A stretch of DNA of 64,000 nucleotides, taken from the NCBI GenBank assembly GCA_963798485.1, contig CAWCTR010000022.1, forward strand, positions 64,001 to 128,000. Reading direction: 5' to 3'. This DNA comes from an uncultured delta proteobacterium (lineage in GTDB: Bacteria > Desulfobacterota > Desulfomonilia > UBA1062). The position numbers and the translations under genes were made by a program. Of this stretch, positions 19,164-30,412 are shown piece after piece (position 1 is the stretch's first letter; the number at the start of each line of letters is the position of its first letter). Under the pieces are notes generated by a model. It saw nothing but the letters and a program-made list of their open reading frames with translations. It was not told the DNA's origin and did no database searches.

Positions 19164-21600
19164 AGATGACCTTGCGGATGGATACCCCTTCCATGAAGCG
19201 CTTCACGTTCGTGTCGGAATATGCAGCGGTTTCCGCCTCAGCCTGAGGCGTATCCTTGGGCATTTCGATGGTGGCGCGGAGCCTGCCGTTCACCTGTACC
19301 GCGATGGTTACCTTCGAGTCCTGGGCCCACCCTGCGTCGAATTCGGGCCAGGGGTGCTCGAAGAGCCGGCCGGACAAGCCAATCGTTTCCCACAGCTCAT
19401 CGGCGATATGAGGGACAAAGGGCGAGAGCATGATGAGCAGCTGCTCGATGGAATACTTCAGCACAGCCGCCTCTTCTTTGTCTGTAGCCGCATCTTTTGC
19501 CTTATAGAGCTCGTTGATCAGCTCCATCATGGCGGCTATGGCCGTGTTGAACCGGAAGCGCTTGTCTATGTCCTCAGTGACCTTGCGGATGGTCTGGTGT
19601 GTCTTCCTCATGATGGGCTCTACGGATTCCGGGACCCGGATGACCTCTGATGTCCCCTCCATTGCCTTGATGTCCATGGCGAGCCGCCAGAGCCGGGTCA
19701 GAAAACGGTAGGTCCCCTCAATACCCTGGTCGCTCCAGTCCATGTCCTTCTCGGGCGGGGCGGCAAAGAGGGTGAAGAGCCTGGTGGCATCCGCGCCGTA
19801 GCGTGCTATCATGTCTTCGGGGTCAACCACGTTACCCTTGGACTTACTCATCTTGGCGCCGTCCTTGATGACCATGCCCTGGGTCAGCAGTCTCTCAAAC
19901 GGTTCGCCAAAGTCCACATGACCCAGGTCGCGGAGCACCTTGGTAAAGAACCGTGAGTACATGAGGTGCAATATGGCATGCTCGATACCGCCGATGTACT
20001 GGTCCACGGGCATCCAGTACGCCACCTCCTTGGCATCAAAGGCCTTGTCCTTGTGGTTGGGGCTGGCATAGCGGATAAAGTACCAGGACGACTCCACAAA
20101 GGTGTCCATGGTGTCGGTCTCGCGCCTGGCCTTGCCGCCGCAAGAAGGGCACTTCGTGTTCACGAATGCCTCAACCTGGGCTATGGGCGACTCCCCGGCG
20201 CCGGTGAGCTTCACGTCCTCGGGCAGGATAATGGGCAGGTCTTCCCTTTTCACCGGGACCGTTCCGCACCTTTCACAGTGCACCACCGGGATGGGCGCGC
20301 CCCAGTAGCGCTGTCTTGATATGCCCCAGTCACGAAGCCTGAAGTTGACCGTGGGCTCGCCCCTGCCGATGGTCCGGAGGTGTTCGGTGATGCCTTTCAT
20401 GGCCTCCGTGTTCTTCATGCCGTTGAACTGCTGTGAATTCACCAGCACACCTTCGCCCTCGTAGGCCGCTTCCATGGTCCCCGCCTTGAGCTCCTCGCCC
20501 TCAGGCTGGATGACCACTGTGATGGTAAGGCCGTATTTTTTGGCGAACTCGAAGTCGCGCTGATCGTGAGAGGGCACGGCCATGACTGCGCCGGTGCCGT
20601 AGTCATACAGCACGAAGTTGGCCACATAGATGGGCATCAAAAAGCCGGTGAGCGGATTGATGCAGTATTTACCCGTGAATACGCCCTCTTTTTCATAGGA
20701 ATCCGAGGTGCGGGTGATCTTATCTTCTTTGAGGGTCTTGTCTATAAAGGCCTGTACCGCCACTTCCTGATCGGTCCCTTTGGGCAGGGTCTTTGCCAGG
20801 GGGTGCTCCGGCGCGATACTCATGAAGGTGGCGCCGTAGAGCGTATCGGGCCTGGTGGTGAAGACCTCGATGTCATCGTTGGCGCTCTCGATAGCGAACC
20901 TGAGGAGCGAGCCGGTGCTCCTGCCGATCCAGTTCCTCTGCATGGTCAGCACGCGCTCGGGCCAGCCTTCTTTGAGGCGTTCGATATCATCTAAAAGCTC
21001 CTGGGCGTACTTGGTGATCTTGAAGAACCACTGGTCGTATTCCCGGAGGTACACCTGTGTGCCGCAGCGCCAGCACGCCCCTGCTTCCACCTGTTCGTTG
21101 GCCAGCACGGTCTTGCAGCTGTCGCACCAGTTCAGAAAGGTGCGGTCTTTATAGACGAGGCCCTTCTCGAACATCTCTATGAAGAAGAGCTGCTCCCACT
21201 GGTAATAGTCCGCATCACAGGTGGCGATCTCCCGGTCCCAGTCATAGCTGAATCCCATGCGCTTGAGCTGGACCTTCATGTATGCCATGTTCTCATACGT
21301 CCATTTCTTGGGGTGCACCCCGCTTGCAATGGCGGCGTTCTCGGCGGGCATGCCGAAGGCGTCCCATCCCATGGGATGCAGCACGTTAAAGCCCTTCATC
21401 TTCTTGTACCTGGCCACCACGTCGCCTATAGTGTAGTTGCGAACGTGGCCCATGTGGATACGGCCCGAGGGGTAGGGGAACATCTCGAGGAGATAGTATT
21501 TCTGCTTGGAGTCATCGGCCTCCACCTTGAAGAGCCCGCTTTCTTCCCAGCGCTTCTGCCACTTGGCCTCGATCTCCTGAGGTCTGTAGTCCGTCGTCAT
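19117..21600 (-). CDS. leuS: Leucine--tRNA ligase
   Basis: [28 protein letters not shown]; real start MTTDY at 21600. Confidence 0.97.
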   Translation of the reverse strand: MTTDYRPQEIEAKWQKRWEESGLFKVEADDSKQKYYLLEMFPYPSGRIHMGHVRNYTIGDVVARYKKMKGFNVLHPMGWDAFGMPAENAAIASGVHPKKWTYENMAYMKVQLKRMGFSYDWDREIATCDADYYQWEQLFFIEMFEKGLVYKDRTFLNWCDSCKTVLANEQVEAGACWRCGTQVYLREYDQWFFKITKYAQELLDDIERLKEGWPERVLTMQRNWIGRSTGSLLRFAIESANDDIEVFTTRPDTLYGATFMSIAPEHPLAKTLPKGTDQEVAVQAFIDKTLKEDKITRTSDSYEKEGVFTGKYCINPLTGFLMPIYVANFVLYDYGTGAVMAVPSHDQRDFEFAKKYGLTITVVIQPEGEELKAGTMEAAYEGEGVLVNSQQFNGMKNTEAMKGITEHLRTIGRGEPTVNFRLRDWGISRQRYWGAPIPVVHCERCGTVPVKREDLPIILPEDVKLTGAGESPIAQVEAFVNTKCPSCGGKARRETDTMDTFVESSWYFIRYASPNHKDKAFDAKEVAYWMPVDQYIGGIEHAILHLMYSRFFTKVLRDLGHVDFGEPFERLLTQGMVIKDGAKMSKSKGNVVDPEDMIARYGADATRLFTLFAAPPEKDMDWSDQGIEGTYRFLTRLWRLAMDIKAMEGTSEVIRVPESVEPIMRKTHQTIRKVTEDIDKRFRFNTAIAAMMELINELYKAKDAATDKEEAAVLKYSIEQLLIMLSPFVPHIADELWETIGLSGRLFEHPWPEFDAGWAQDSKVTIAVQVNGRLRATIEMPKDTPQAEAETAAYSDTNVKRFMEGVSIRKVIYVPNKIINIIVAAGK

Positions 21601-21720
21601 ACGTTCCTCCGCATCAATAATGACTGCACAATTAACACAACACCTTTCCTTCGTCCAGTACCGGTTCCCGCAGTCTTTGCGCTTGCATTTCATGACCATA
21701 TTGATATGTAAGGGGACACT

Positions 21721-24162
21721 ATGAGATGGCTCAAATTCTTTCTTCTTATCATGGTCATCGTCACTGCCCTGTGCGGTGCGGCGATCTATGTATTCGTACT
21801 CAGGGGGCTTCCTTCCCTTGAAGAACTCAAAAGCTCCGAGGTGACCAAGCTCAGCAAGGTCACTGCCGCCGACGGCACACCCATCGGCTACTTCCCGCCC
21901 GAAGGAAGGGTCGTTATGAACGGGCACAACATCCCCATCACCCTCAAACAGGCCATCATCGCCGCAGAAGATTCCACCTTTTATGACCATGTGGGACTTG
22001 AGCCGCGCAGGATCATAAGCGCGTTACTCGCTGATATCAGGGCAAACTCCTATGTCCAGGGTGCATCTACCATAACCCAGCAGGTTGTCAGGTCGTATCT
22101 GCTCACCAATGAAAAGACCCTTGCCAGGAAGTTCAGGGAGATCGTTCTGGCGCTACGCATCGAACAGGCCCTGACCAAAGAGCAGATCTTAAACCTGTAC
22201 CTTGACCGCATCTACCTTGGCAGCGGCGCCTATGGCGTCCAGGCGGCCTCGTTGCGTTATTTCGGCAAGGAGTGCAGAGAGCTCGAACTCTCGGAGATGG
22301 CGCTGCTTGCGGGGCTTGCCCCTGCGCCGACGAGATATTCTCCGCTGAATGACTTCACTGCGGCGAAAAGAAGGCAGTGGTATGTCCTTTCCCGTATGGT
22401 GTCCGAGGGTTACATTACCGGGGCCGAGGCCCGTGAGGCATACAAGGATCCTTTAAGGATCATAGCCAAGGATGTGGCCCAATTTTCCGAATACCCCTAT
22501 ATCACCGACTATGTGAAGACGCTGGTGACCAAGCAGTTCGGCGAAGACATCTTCAACAAAGGGATCATTATCCGCACTTCAATAGTCCCTGAGCTCCAGC
22601 GCTCGGCAATACTCGCCGTCCGCAAGGGGGTTATCGAGCTCGAGATGAGGCAGGGCGCATATCGCGGCCCTATAAAGGATATACCCCAGGGCGATGGGAC
22701 GCTTAAGCCACTTAATCCTGCCGAAAAGGATCGCATCTTTGCATTGCAGTCAAACCAGCTTGCATGGAAGGGCTACGAACCCTATGAACTCTATTGGGCG
22801 GAGGTGACAAGGCTGGATCCATTGACGGTAAAACTCGGCGTCAGAAGCCTCGAACTCGGCCCGGGCAGTTACGCCTGGATCAACCCCAAGGGGAGTTGGC
22901 GGCCCGGCAGCGTGCTGAAGCCCGGCGATCTCATACAGCTCTGTTCTACGCCCGGCGGTTTTGTGATCTCGCAGCAGCCGCAGGTCCAAGGGGTGCTTGT
23001 GGCCTTTGATCTGGAGAAGGCAGGCATTCTTGCCATGGTGGGAGGGGTTGACTATGCCCAGAGCCAGTTCAACAGGGCCGTATACGCAAGGAGACAGAGC
23101 GGATCGGCAATAAAACCCTTCATCTATGCGGCGGCTATTGACAAGGGCCTGACGCCTGCCTCCATCATCTTCGACTCACCGGTAACCTATAAGGCCGGTG
23201 CGGATGAGGAAATGTGGCAACCCAAAAACTACGAAAACCGCTTCTATGGTGCAACCACATTGAGGACCGGCCTGGTCCTTTCCAGGAACGTGGTTACCAT
23301 TAAGATCTTAAACGAGATCGGCCTTGATTATGCCATCTCGTATCTCAAACGGTTCGATATGCAGTCAGAACTGCCTCGAAACCTTTCCCTGGCCCTGGGT
23401 TCAGGTTCGATAATACCTATTAACCTTTTTAAGGGGTATGCAGAACTGGCCACCTATGGCCAGAAATTCGATCCCCATATGATCGAGAGCATTGTCCAAA
23501 GCGGGAAGGGGACCATCTTCCGCGCCCCAGCAGGCCCTGCAATTTTTGCATCTCCTGTGGCCCCTGCTGTGACTGCCGGCACAGGTGGCATTACGACGGA
23601 TGCAGCTGCTCAGGCAGAGGCAAACATCCCGACAGATGCACTCACTCCGGCAGCTGCCCCCCAGGCTGGTGCCGACGTAATTACGCCAGTGCAAGATCAC
23701 AGGGTCATCTCATCTCAGACGGCCTTCATCATCACGAACATCCTCAAGGACGTGGTGCAGGTGGGAACAGGCTGGCGTGCAAAGGCCCTTATGCGGCCAA
23801 TTGCGGGGAAGACAGGCACCAGCGATGACTGCAAGGATACCTGGTTTGTCGGATACTCCCCTGATGTCTTATGCGGTGTGTGGGTCGGCCATGACAGCAT
23901 GACTTCGCTCGGCGCAAATGAGACAGGGGGCAAGACTGCATGCCCCATCTTTGTCGACTTCATGACGACAGCGTTACGCGACAGGCCTGTGCGCGACTTC
24001 AGGGTTCCTGCAGGTGTGGTATTCGCCAGGGTCAACTCCAAGACAGGCAAGGGGGCGAGTGAGGATTCACTGGAATCACGGTTTGAGGTCTTTAAGCAAG
24101 GCAGCGTACCTGCAGCCGAGAGGGCCGTTAATGATGATCAATTGTTAAAGGAGGTCTACTGA
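21721..24162 (+). CDS. Class A penicillin-binding protein (PBP1A family)
   Basis: Transglycosylase motifs [18 protein letters not shown]; transpeptidase motifs SAIK, SRN, KTG. Confidence 0.95.
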   Translation: MRWLKFFLLIMVIVTALCGAAIYVFVLRGLPSLEELKSSEVTKLSKVTAADGTPIGYFPPEGRVVMNGHNIPITLKQAIIAAEDSTFYDHVGLEPRRIISALLADIRANSYVQGASTITQQVVRSYLLTNEKTLARKFREIVLALRIEQALTKEQILNLYLDRIYLGSGAYGVQAASLRYFGKECRELELSEMALLAGLAPAPTRYSPLNDFTAAKRRQWYVLSRMVSEGYITGAEAREAYKDPLRIIAKDVAQFSEYPYITDYVKTLVTKQFGEDIFNKGIIIRTSIVPELQRSAILAVRKGVIELEMRQGAYRGPIKDIPQGDGTLKPLNPAEKDRIFALQSNQLAWKGYEPYELYWAEVTRLDPLTVKLGVRSLELGPGSYAWINPKGSWRPGSVLKPGDLIQLCSTPGGFVISQQPQVQGVLVAFDLEKAGILAMVGGVDYAQSQFNRAVYARRQSGSAIKPFIYAAAIDKGLTPASIIFDSPVTYKAGADEEMWQPKNYENRFYGATTLRTGLVLSRNVVTIKILNEIGLDYAISYLKRFDMQSELPRNLSLALGSGSIIPINLFKGYAELATYGQKFDPHMIESIVQSGKGTIFRAPAGPAIFASPVAPAVTAGTGGITTDAAAQAEANIPTDALTPAAAPQAGADVITPVQDHRVISSQTAFIITNILKDVVQVGTGWRAKALMRPIAGKTGTSDDCKDTWFVGYSPDVLCGVWVGHDSMTSLGANETGGKTACPIFVDFMTTALRDRPVRDFRVPAGVVFARVNSKTGKGASEDSLESRFEVFKQGSVPAAERAVNDDQLLKEVY

Positions 24163-25913
24163 TGCATGTCCGTGCGGTCTTTCTGCTGGCCATCCTGATC
24201 GCATACTCGCTGAGTTCTTTTGCTGCGGACATCACCCTTGTCAAGCATGCAAGGAGGGCCAAGCCCCTTGGCGCGAGTCAGTATATGGTGAAGGAAGGCG
24301 ATACCTTGCGAAGGATACTGATGGAGGGATACCATGCAAAGGAGGGAGACCTTCCTAATCTCTATAAACGGTTCAGGCAGGAAAATCCGGGCATAGTAGA
24401 TCTCGATTACATACCGTCCGGCACCAAGATCGTAATCCCCATAAAAGGGGAGCCCGCCATTGTTGCCGAGCGGAAGAAACCTGTAGAGGGGCTTGAGGTG
24501 AGGGAGGCTTCTCCTAATGAATATGTCATCAAGCAGGGTGAGTATCTCGCCAGGATCATGAGGAAGGTCTATGGTGTCTCGGATGATCTCATTTATCATG
24601 AGTACATGGACCTCGTAAAAAAATTAAACCCCGAGATCAGCAACCCGAACCGAATCAAGGCGGGTCAAAGGCTTATACTGCCGGACATCAAGCGGGTGGT
24701 GGCCAAGGCAAAGAACGCACAGGGCCCTGTTGCCGCTCCGTTATCGGTTTCAACCACGGGCGTACCCCCGCAAGAGGTGAGCAAGACACCTCCGAGCCGG
24801 ACAAGTAATGCAATAACACCTCCGGCAAAGCAGGATATTATCGCAACGGAACCGCCTCCCGAAGCGGCCCCTGCAGCGCCCAGTGCATCACCCCCTGCAA
24901 CGCCCGGCGTGAAACAGGTGAGTAATGACAAATCGCCGGGACCCGGGAATGCCGAGGGTGTGAAGATGGTCAAAGGCGCAGTCCTGCCGGCCCTGAAGGA
25001 CATGGGGGGTACGAAGAGGGACAAAGGGATATATTATATGCCTACCTCGGGAGGCACCAGCCTCTCCATCAACACCTCCGAGATCCCTGTCATGGAACTG
25101 GATACCGGGAAGAAGATTATTTTCGACATGAATAAGACCATCAGTCCAGAGGTTAAAGGGTATATCGAGAAGGCCTTCCCGTCTTTCACCGTGGTCTCAG
25201 GTTCGCAAGGTGACCTGGAGAGGCTTATGGACAAGGTCTTAAGCGTTTCCGGCTATTTCTCCATTAACAAAGACTCAAGCCCGCTTCTTGTGGGATCAGA
25301 AGAAAAACTAAGATTTTTCGGCAAGTGGATCGTATACAAGGATTTCTCCCGAAACAACGTGTTTGTCGTTAATCTCTTGGGCAAGGAAGAGCAGAAGACG
25401 CCTGGCGGAATTAGAAATTATGCCAGGCATTTTGGTATCGATCTCATTGAAATCGGCGGTAAAGATACAGGGGGCGCACTGAAAAAAACCGCTCAAATTA
25501 TTGACCTGAAGCACTCGTACCCGGTCCTTTTGGGCCGTCTCAAGGTCCCTTATGATGCGAATAAGGAGATAGACCTGGTAAAAAGCGGCGAGGTGAAGAT
25601 AACCTACAAGGCCCCGATGCTTATGGGTAATGTCGTATTGGCCGATGTCATGCCTGAAACGGATATGGCCGCCCTGCTTCATGAGAAGTCATACGAATTG
25701 CTGAATACCGGCACGGCAGGGCCTGATGAGGTGCTCAAGGCACTCGGGCTGGAATTCGAAGGCCCCCCCCTGAAGATGACAATAGCCCAAGGCAGGACGG
25801 AGCTGGAGATCCCTGGAATACGTCTGGGAGACAATATCATCCTCTTAAAGACGATCGATAAAGATATAACGGCCTATCTCGCAGCTTCAGGGATGAAGGT
25901 GATGGCCTGGTAG
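24162..25913 (+). CDS. Exported protein with two LysM domains, a Pro/Ala-rich linker and an unassigned C-terminal region
   Basis: Signal peptide; YMVKEGDTL..I...NP.I.DLD.IP.G..I.IP and YVIKQGEYL...NPEISNPNRI.AGQRL.LP; start overlaps the PBP1A stop. Confidence 0.8.
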   Translation: MHVRAVFLLAILIAYSLSSFAADITLVKHARRAKPLGASQYMVKEGDTLRRILMEGYHAKEGDLPNLYKRFRQENPGIVDLDYIPSGTKIVIPIKGEPAIVAERKKPVEGLEVREASPNEYVIKQGEYLARIMRKVYGVSDDLIYHEYMDLVKKLNPEISNPNRIKAGQRLILPDIKRVVAKAKNAQGPVAAPLSVSTTGVPPQEVSKTPPSRTSNAITPPAKQDIIATEPPPEAAPAAPSASPPATPGVKQVSNDKSPGPGNAEGVKMVKGAVLPALKDMGGTKRDKGIYYMPTSGGTSLSINTSEIPVMELDTGKKIIFDMNKTISPEVKGYIEKAFPSFTVVSGSQGDLERLMDKVLSVSGYFSINKDSSPLLVGSEEKLRFFGKWIVYKDFSRNNVFVVNLLGKEEQKTPGGIRNYARHFGIDLIEIGGKDTGGALKKTAQIIDLKHSYPVLLGRLKVPYDANKEIDLVKSGEVKITYKAPMLMGNVVLADVMPETDMAALLHEKSYELLNTGTAGPDEVLKALGLEFEGPPLKMTIAQGRTELEIPGIRLGDNIILLKTIDKDITAYLAASGMKVMAW

Positions 25914-25949
25914 AGGGCTCTGGGGAGAACCCCTTGCAGGGGGGTAAGA

Positions 25950-25988
25950 AAAATCTCCCCTGTCCCCTCCTTAGAAAGGAGGGGGACT
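25950..25988. repeat. REP-like palindromic dispersed repeat, copy A
   Basis: AAAATCTCCCCTGTCCCCTCCTTAGAAAGGAGGGGGACT; 37/39 identical to 63912-63950; lies between convergent genes. Confidence 0.75.
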
Positions 25989-26068
25989 AAGTCTCACAAT
26001 CGTGCCATTCTTGATCCCTCCCATCCTTAAACAGGGTTACTTCCTGCTCGTCGAGGTAAATTGCATGA

Positions 26069-27370
26069 TTACATCCGGGCTGACGAGATGAAACAGCCGC
26101 CGCCGCTGCTGCCTGTGGAAGGGGGTTCCGCCTCGGTGGTGAAAGAAACCGGATAGCTCGATGCCAGGGCATTCCCTGCCAGGTCTTTCACGCCGTTACT
26201 GCCTCCTGTGACGGTAATCGTATAGGGTGTGGAGTATGAATCATCGCCGCTTACGCTCAACGTCATGCCGTCACTGGACAGGCTCACTCCTCCGGAGACT
26301 ACGGTAGATCCGGATTTCATGATGACCGTCGAGCTGTTGATGGTTTTTGCGTTCATCTTCTCGGAAAATAAAAAGGTTACGGGGGTCGATATATAGGCCG
26401 TGCCGTCATTATTCTTTGATATCTTATAAGAATTGATCACGGGTGGGATGATGTCGTCTCTGGAGTAAATAAGGATTGTGCCGTACTGGCCTGCAAAATA
26501 AACCTTGCCCGAGGTGCTGCCCCAGATGGCATCGATGTTCGAGCCGAAAAGCCCGTTGTTCGACAGGCTGCTCCAGGAATGTCCGTCATAGTGGTAGACG
26601 TTACCGACCGCTCCTGCAGCAAAGACATCATCAGCAGCGCTCCCCCATAAGGCGTAGAGAGCAAGACCGCTCATACTTTTGGCTGTCCACGCAGACCCGT
26701 TGTAGTGGAGGATATCTCCTTCTGTATCTGCGGCATAGATGTCTGAGCCGGATGACCCCCAGAGGGAGCGGAGGTCTTGATAGGTGGGTATCGATGATAC
26801 GGCTTTCCATGTTGTCCCATCATAGTGGAACATTGTACCGTTTTGGCCACCGACATATATGTTATTCCCGGTGTCGTCCCCCCAGATGGAATAGAGGTCG
26901 GTCTCATTTGTTATTGATGGGGTCGCATCTCCCCATGATATCCCGTTGAAGGACAAGATTGTCCCCAATGACCCCACTGCATAAATGTTTGTTATGGACA
27001 ATCCCCACAGTGCGTTGAGGCGGCTGACGGTATTTGTCGCGAACGAGATCCATCCGGTGCCGTCATTCATCAAGATCGTCCCATTGTCGCCTGCAACGAA
27101 TACGGCAGTCAGGGGCGTTTCCCACACTGATGTCAGGTCCTGTGGGGTATTGATAGATATATCATGCCAGGTGACCCCATCGAAGTGAATGAGCGTGCCG
27201 ACCGCACCGGCGACATAGATGTCGCTGTCCGAGGAACCCCATACGGCATAGAGATCCTGAGAGACGGGAAGAGAAGCCTTCTGCCAACTATCGGCATAGC
27301 TGAGAGAGCTGTATAACAACAAGGAGAGGATGAAGGTGGTGATCACGAAATATAAGGTATGTGTTCTCAT
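26069..27370 (-). CDS. Secreted 7-bladed beta-propeller plus Ig-like domain protein with a C-terminal GGGCFI motif
   Basis: Signal peptide from 27370; seven L..VWG...IYAVG..GTI.HYDG..W repeats; FSEKM...TIN...VKDLAGN (Big_5-like); ends SSGGGCFISSARM. Confidence 0.8.
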   Translation of the reverse strand: MRTHTLYFVITTFILSLLLYSSLSYADSWQKASLPVSQDLYAVWGSSDSDIYVAGAVGTLIHFDGVTWHDISINTPQDLTSVWETPLTAVFVAGDNGTILMNDGTGWISFATNTVSRLNALWGLSITNIYAVGSLGTILSFNGISWGDATPSITNETDLYSIWGDDTGNNIYVGGQNGTMFHYDGTTWKAVSSIPTYQDLRSLWGSSGSDIYAADTEGDILHYNGSAWTAKSMSGLALYALWGSAADDVFAAGAVGNVYHYDGHSWSSLSNNGLFGSNIDAIWGSTSGKVYFAGQYGTILIYSRDDIIPPVINSYKISKNNDGTAYISTPVTFLFSEKMNAKTINSSTVIMKSGSTVVSGGVSLSSDGMTLSVSGDDSYSTPYTITVTGGSNGVKDLAGNALASSYPVSFTTEAEPPSTGSSGGGCFISSARM

Positions 27371-27561
27371 ATGTTTCCTTTCAGGGCAGGATAAAGATAA
27401 GATGCAGTATATTATAAAGGGGACAGCAGGTGTTTTCAATATTGCGGGTACATCCTCCCATTATTGCCGACATACACCTGCTTGGAATCCTTTCTTGCCA
27501 GGCCTTTAAAGCAATGAACCCGCCAGTGAACGGGCGTGCCCGGTATCACCTCTCTAAAGGC

Positions 27562-28956
27562 TTATTGATGATGAATGGTCAGTTTGTCGCCGGGCTTGAT
27601 CTGTGCGGTAGAGGTCAGCTTGTTCCAGCGAAGGATGTCCATGGTGGAGACATCGAATTGTTTTGAGATCCCCCAGAGGGTATCGCCTTTCTTAACCTTA
27701 TATTTTGTAGACTTCACATGCGCCTGCTTGCTTTGTGCAGAGGGGATGATCAGGGTTTTTCCTAATATCAGGGCTTGTTTTTTGGAAATCCGGTTCGCCT
27801 TGGCAATGGCATCAACGCTTGAGGAATACTTCCTGGCAAGGGAATACAGGGTGTCACCCTTATGCACGGTGTGATGAACGTACGCGGCGGATTCATCGCT
27901 GGTATCCGGCTGGGTGTCAAGGCCTTTCTTTGATGATTTCGGTGTGTTTCTACGGACCTTGTCCCCACCATTTTTTATTGACACAGACTGAGCGTCTGTA
28001 ATGAATTCAGGGTTGTTTTCCGCCAGGGACTCATTAGGGCTGCTGCTTGATCTTGCGATTGCATCCAGATACTCAGGGCTATCCACTGTCTCGGGTGTGC
28101 CCTTTACCGTGCCCTTCGGGGGATTCGGCAGCCCATAGGCGCTGCGGTTTTTGGCCAGGATGACCGTGGCGATATATTTCGGCACATAATCGATAGTCTC
28201 AGGCTTTATGTTCATGGAATTGTTTATGTCCCAGAATGTGTATACATCATGGTTTTTCATGAGGCGGATGAGCGTCCCTTCTCCTGCGTTGTATGCCGCA
28301 ATTGCCAGGTACCAGTCGCCGAAGATGGAATAGAGGTGCCTCAGATACAGTGCTGCAGCATGTGTGGACTTCTCCAGGTGTTTACGCTCATCCACATATC
28401 TGTTCACCTGCAGTCCGTATTTTTTTGCGGTATCCGGGATAAATTGCCAGTAACCCGTTGCGCCTGAGCTTGAAACCGCATGCGGATTGGCGTTACTCTC
28501 AACCAGACATAGGTAGACCAGGTCCTTGGGGATGCCGTGTTGTTTGAATATCCGCTCCATAGTGGGTCGTATCTTGTCAAGTCTGGCGAGAGAACTCCTG
28601 AATGTATCGCGGTCGTTAACCGAGAGGCGTTCGATCCAGAGTTGCACTATTGTATTGATCTCATACATGCTGTCCGAGGTCTTTTTTTTCTGAGGTTTCC
28701 CCTTTTTCGTGGCAGGGTCATCCACCAATGGTGTATCCTGGATTATTACCTGGGGTTTTTCTTGGATCTGGGGTAGGCTGATTTCTGCGAGTGGCTGCTC
28801 TGTCGGTGTTGAGGGTTCCTGGATAGAGCTTAAATCCAGGACCGGACTGGGCGGATGTGGCGGCGGATAGTTGTAGTGGAGTGTGTGTGAGCATCCAAGC
28901 AGTGCGAACACAAGGGTAAAAATGAGTGTTGCCCTGAATGAACCCATTCTCATCAA
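27562..28956 (-). CDS. MltD-like lytic transglycosylase lipoprotein with two LysM domains
   Basis: LLGC lipobox; VES, G.WQF, AAYNAGEG, ETIDYVPK; two V.KGDTL LysM repeats. Confidence 0.92.
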   Translation of the reverse strand: MMRMGSFRATLIFTLVFALLGCSHTLHYNYPPPHPPSPVLDLSSIQEPSTPTEQPLAEISLPQIQEKPQVIIQDTPLVDDPATKKGKPQKKKTSDSMYEINTIVQLWIERLSVNDRDTFRSSLARLDKIRPTMERIFKQHGIPKDLVYLCLVESNANPHAVSSSGATGYWQFIPDTAKKYGLQVNRYVDERKHLEKSTHAAALYLRHLYSIFGDWYLAIAAYNAGEGTLIRLMKNHDVYTFWDINNSMNIKPETIDYVPKYIATVILAKNRSAYGLPNPPKGTVKGTPETVDSPEYLDAIARSSSSPNESLAENNPEFITDAQSVSIKNGGDKVRRNTPKSSKKGLDTQPDTSDESAAYVHHTVHKGDTLYSLARKYSSSVDAIAKANRISKKQALILGKTLIIPSAQSKQAHVKSTKYKVKKGDTLWGISKQFDVSTMDILRWNKLTSTAQIKPGDKLTIHHQ

Positions 28957-28988
28957 CCTCCGGATTGTTGTTTTTTACTTGGATTGGA

Positions 28989-29017
28989 TGAAACCTTCAA
29001 CCCTTTTTTTCATCTAA
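28989..29017 (+). promoter_or_regulatory. ECF-sigma-like promoter upstream of rpoH
   Basis: TGAAAC-N16 (T-rich)-CATCTAA. Confidence 0.35.
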
Positions 29018-29042
29018 AAATACGGATTGTTGGTGCCGATAG
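29015..29042 (+). promoter_or_regulatory. Sigma28-like promoter upstream of rpoH
   Basis: TAAA-N17-CCGATAG, with the -10 reading GCCGATAG. Confidence 0.6.
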
Positions 29043-29089
29043 ATTTAATTTACTATTAGGTCATATCTTATAAAGGAGATAAATGATAA

Positions 29090-29947
29090 ATGCAACTCCC
29101 AATTGTACACAATAATGCTGTTGCGACGCTCATCGGCAAATTCGATAGAATACCTGCACTGAGCAAAGAGGAAGAATTCGACCTGGCTTTGCGCTTAAAG
29201 GAAAAAGGCGATATCGATGCCGCACAGAGGCTTATCACTGCAAACTTGCGGAACGTTGTCCGTATCGCCATGGATTATAGCGGCTATGGGCTTCCCATGG
29301 AGGACATCATCCAGGAAGGCACTATCGGTTTGATGATAGCCGTGAAAAAGTTTGATCCCCATAAGGGATACAGGCTCATGACCTATGCCGTCTGGTGGGT
29401 TAAGGCCATGATACACGATTACATACTCAGGTTCTACTCACAGGTGAAACTGGGAACCACCAAGCTGCAGAAGAGGCTCTTCTACGGGCTTAACCGGATG
29501 TCGGCCGAGGAGGATGTCGTTGACGAGCACATAACCGAGAAGTCCCATGCACTTTCGGCCAGACTCGATGCTGATCCCCACGCCATCGAGGAAATCATAT
29601 CGCGCCTGACCAACAGGGACCAGTCGCTCGACAGCCCCATGACCGACGGGAGTGACTCCAGTTTTATGGATTTCCTGGTGGACACAAGGGCAACCCCCGA
29701 GGACAGGGTCATGGAGTCCCAGCGGGCGTCTTTTGTGAAGGGCCAGATTGATACTGCCCTGGAAAAGCTATCGCCACGCGAGCAGGATATCGCCCGGCAA
29801 CGCCTTATGGCAGAGAACCCATCGACGTTAGAGGACTTGGGCAGGCAATATGCCATATCCAAAGAGAGGGTGAGACAGATCGAGAATAACGTGAAGGTCA
29901 AGCTCAAGAAGGCCCTTGCCGGCCATCTCGACCTCATGCTGCCGTAA
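29090..29947 (+). CDS. rpoH: RpoH (sigma32)-family RNA polymerase sigma factor
   Basis: GYGLP.EDIIQEG.IGLM.AVKKFDP, RpoH-box variant TTKLQKRLFYGL, ISKERVRQIE; followed by hsp20. Confidence 0.88.
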   Translation: MQLPIVHNNAVATLIGKFDRIPALSKEEEFDLALRLKEKGDIDAAQRLITANLRNVVRIAMDYSGYGLPMEDIIQEGTIGLMIAVKKFDPHKGYRLMTYAVWWVKAMIHDYILRFYSQVKLGTTKLQKRLFYGLNRMSAEEDVVDEHITEKSHALSARLDADPHAIEEIISRLTNRDQSLDSPMTDGSDSSFMDFLVDTRATPEDRVMESQRASFVKGQIDTALEKLSPREQDIARQRLMAENPSTLEDLGRQYAISKERVRQIENNVKVKLKKALAGHLDLMLP

Positions 29948-29965
29948 AGATCAAGGGGTATTTCT

Positions 29966-30412
29966 ATGACAACCCGCAAGAAGGCGCTTGCAGAAGACCT
30001 CCTGCTCCTTCAGGACAGGATGAACAGGGTTTTTGAGGAGAGTCTGAGGGAAACCGGCATCTCCCGGAATCCCGGCCAATGGATACCCCATGTGGACATG
30101 TTTGAGGATGATGTATCCCTCATCCTCAAGGCCGAGCTCCCTGGGGTGAGGCGCGAGGATATCGGGCTCGATATCACTGAGAGCATACTCACCATCAGCG
30201 GGAAGAAGCCCTTTGAACATGAGGAAACAGCTGAGAGCTTCCATGTCATGGAACGGCAATACGGGTTTTTCAAGAGATCTTTTACCCTGCCCGGGTCAGT
30301 GGATGTTGAGTGCATTGAAGCCGACTATCATGCAGGCGTCCTGGAGGTGGTCCTTCCAAAACCAACCGACACGAGATCGAGAAAGATACCCATTATCAGG
30401 CAAGGCGATTGA
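29966..30412 (+). CDS. Hsp20/alpha-crystallin small heat-shock protein
   Basis: WIPHVD, AELPGV, ER.YG.F.RSF.LP, GVLEV.LPK. Confidence 0.95.
   Translation: MTTRKKALAEDLLLLQDRMNRVFEESLRETGISRNPGQWIPHVDMFEDDVSLILKAELPGVRREDIGLDITESILTISGKKPFEHEETAESFHVMERQYGFFKRSFTLPGSVDVECIEADYHAGVLEVVLPKPTDTRSRKIPIIRQGD

Noticed and set aside
21601-21990. 130-aa N-terminal extension of LeuS in the ORF track
   Set aside because: It overlaps the PBP1A gene on the opposite strand; LeuS homology begins at MTTDY (21600)
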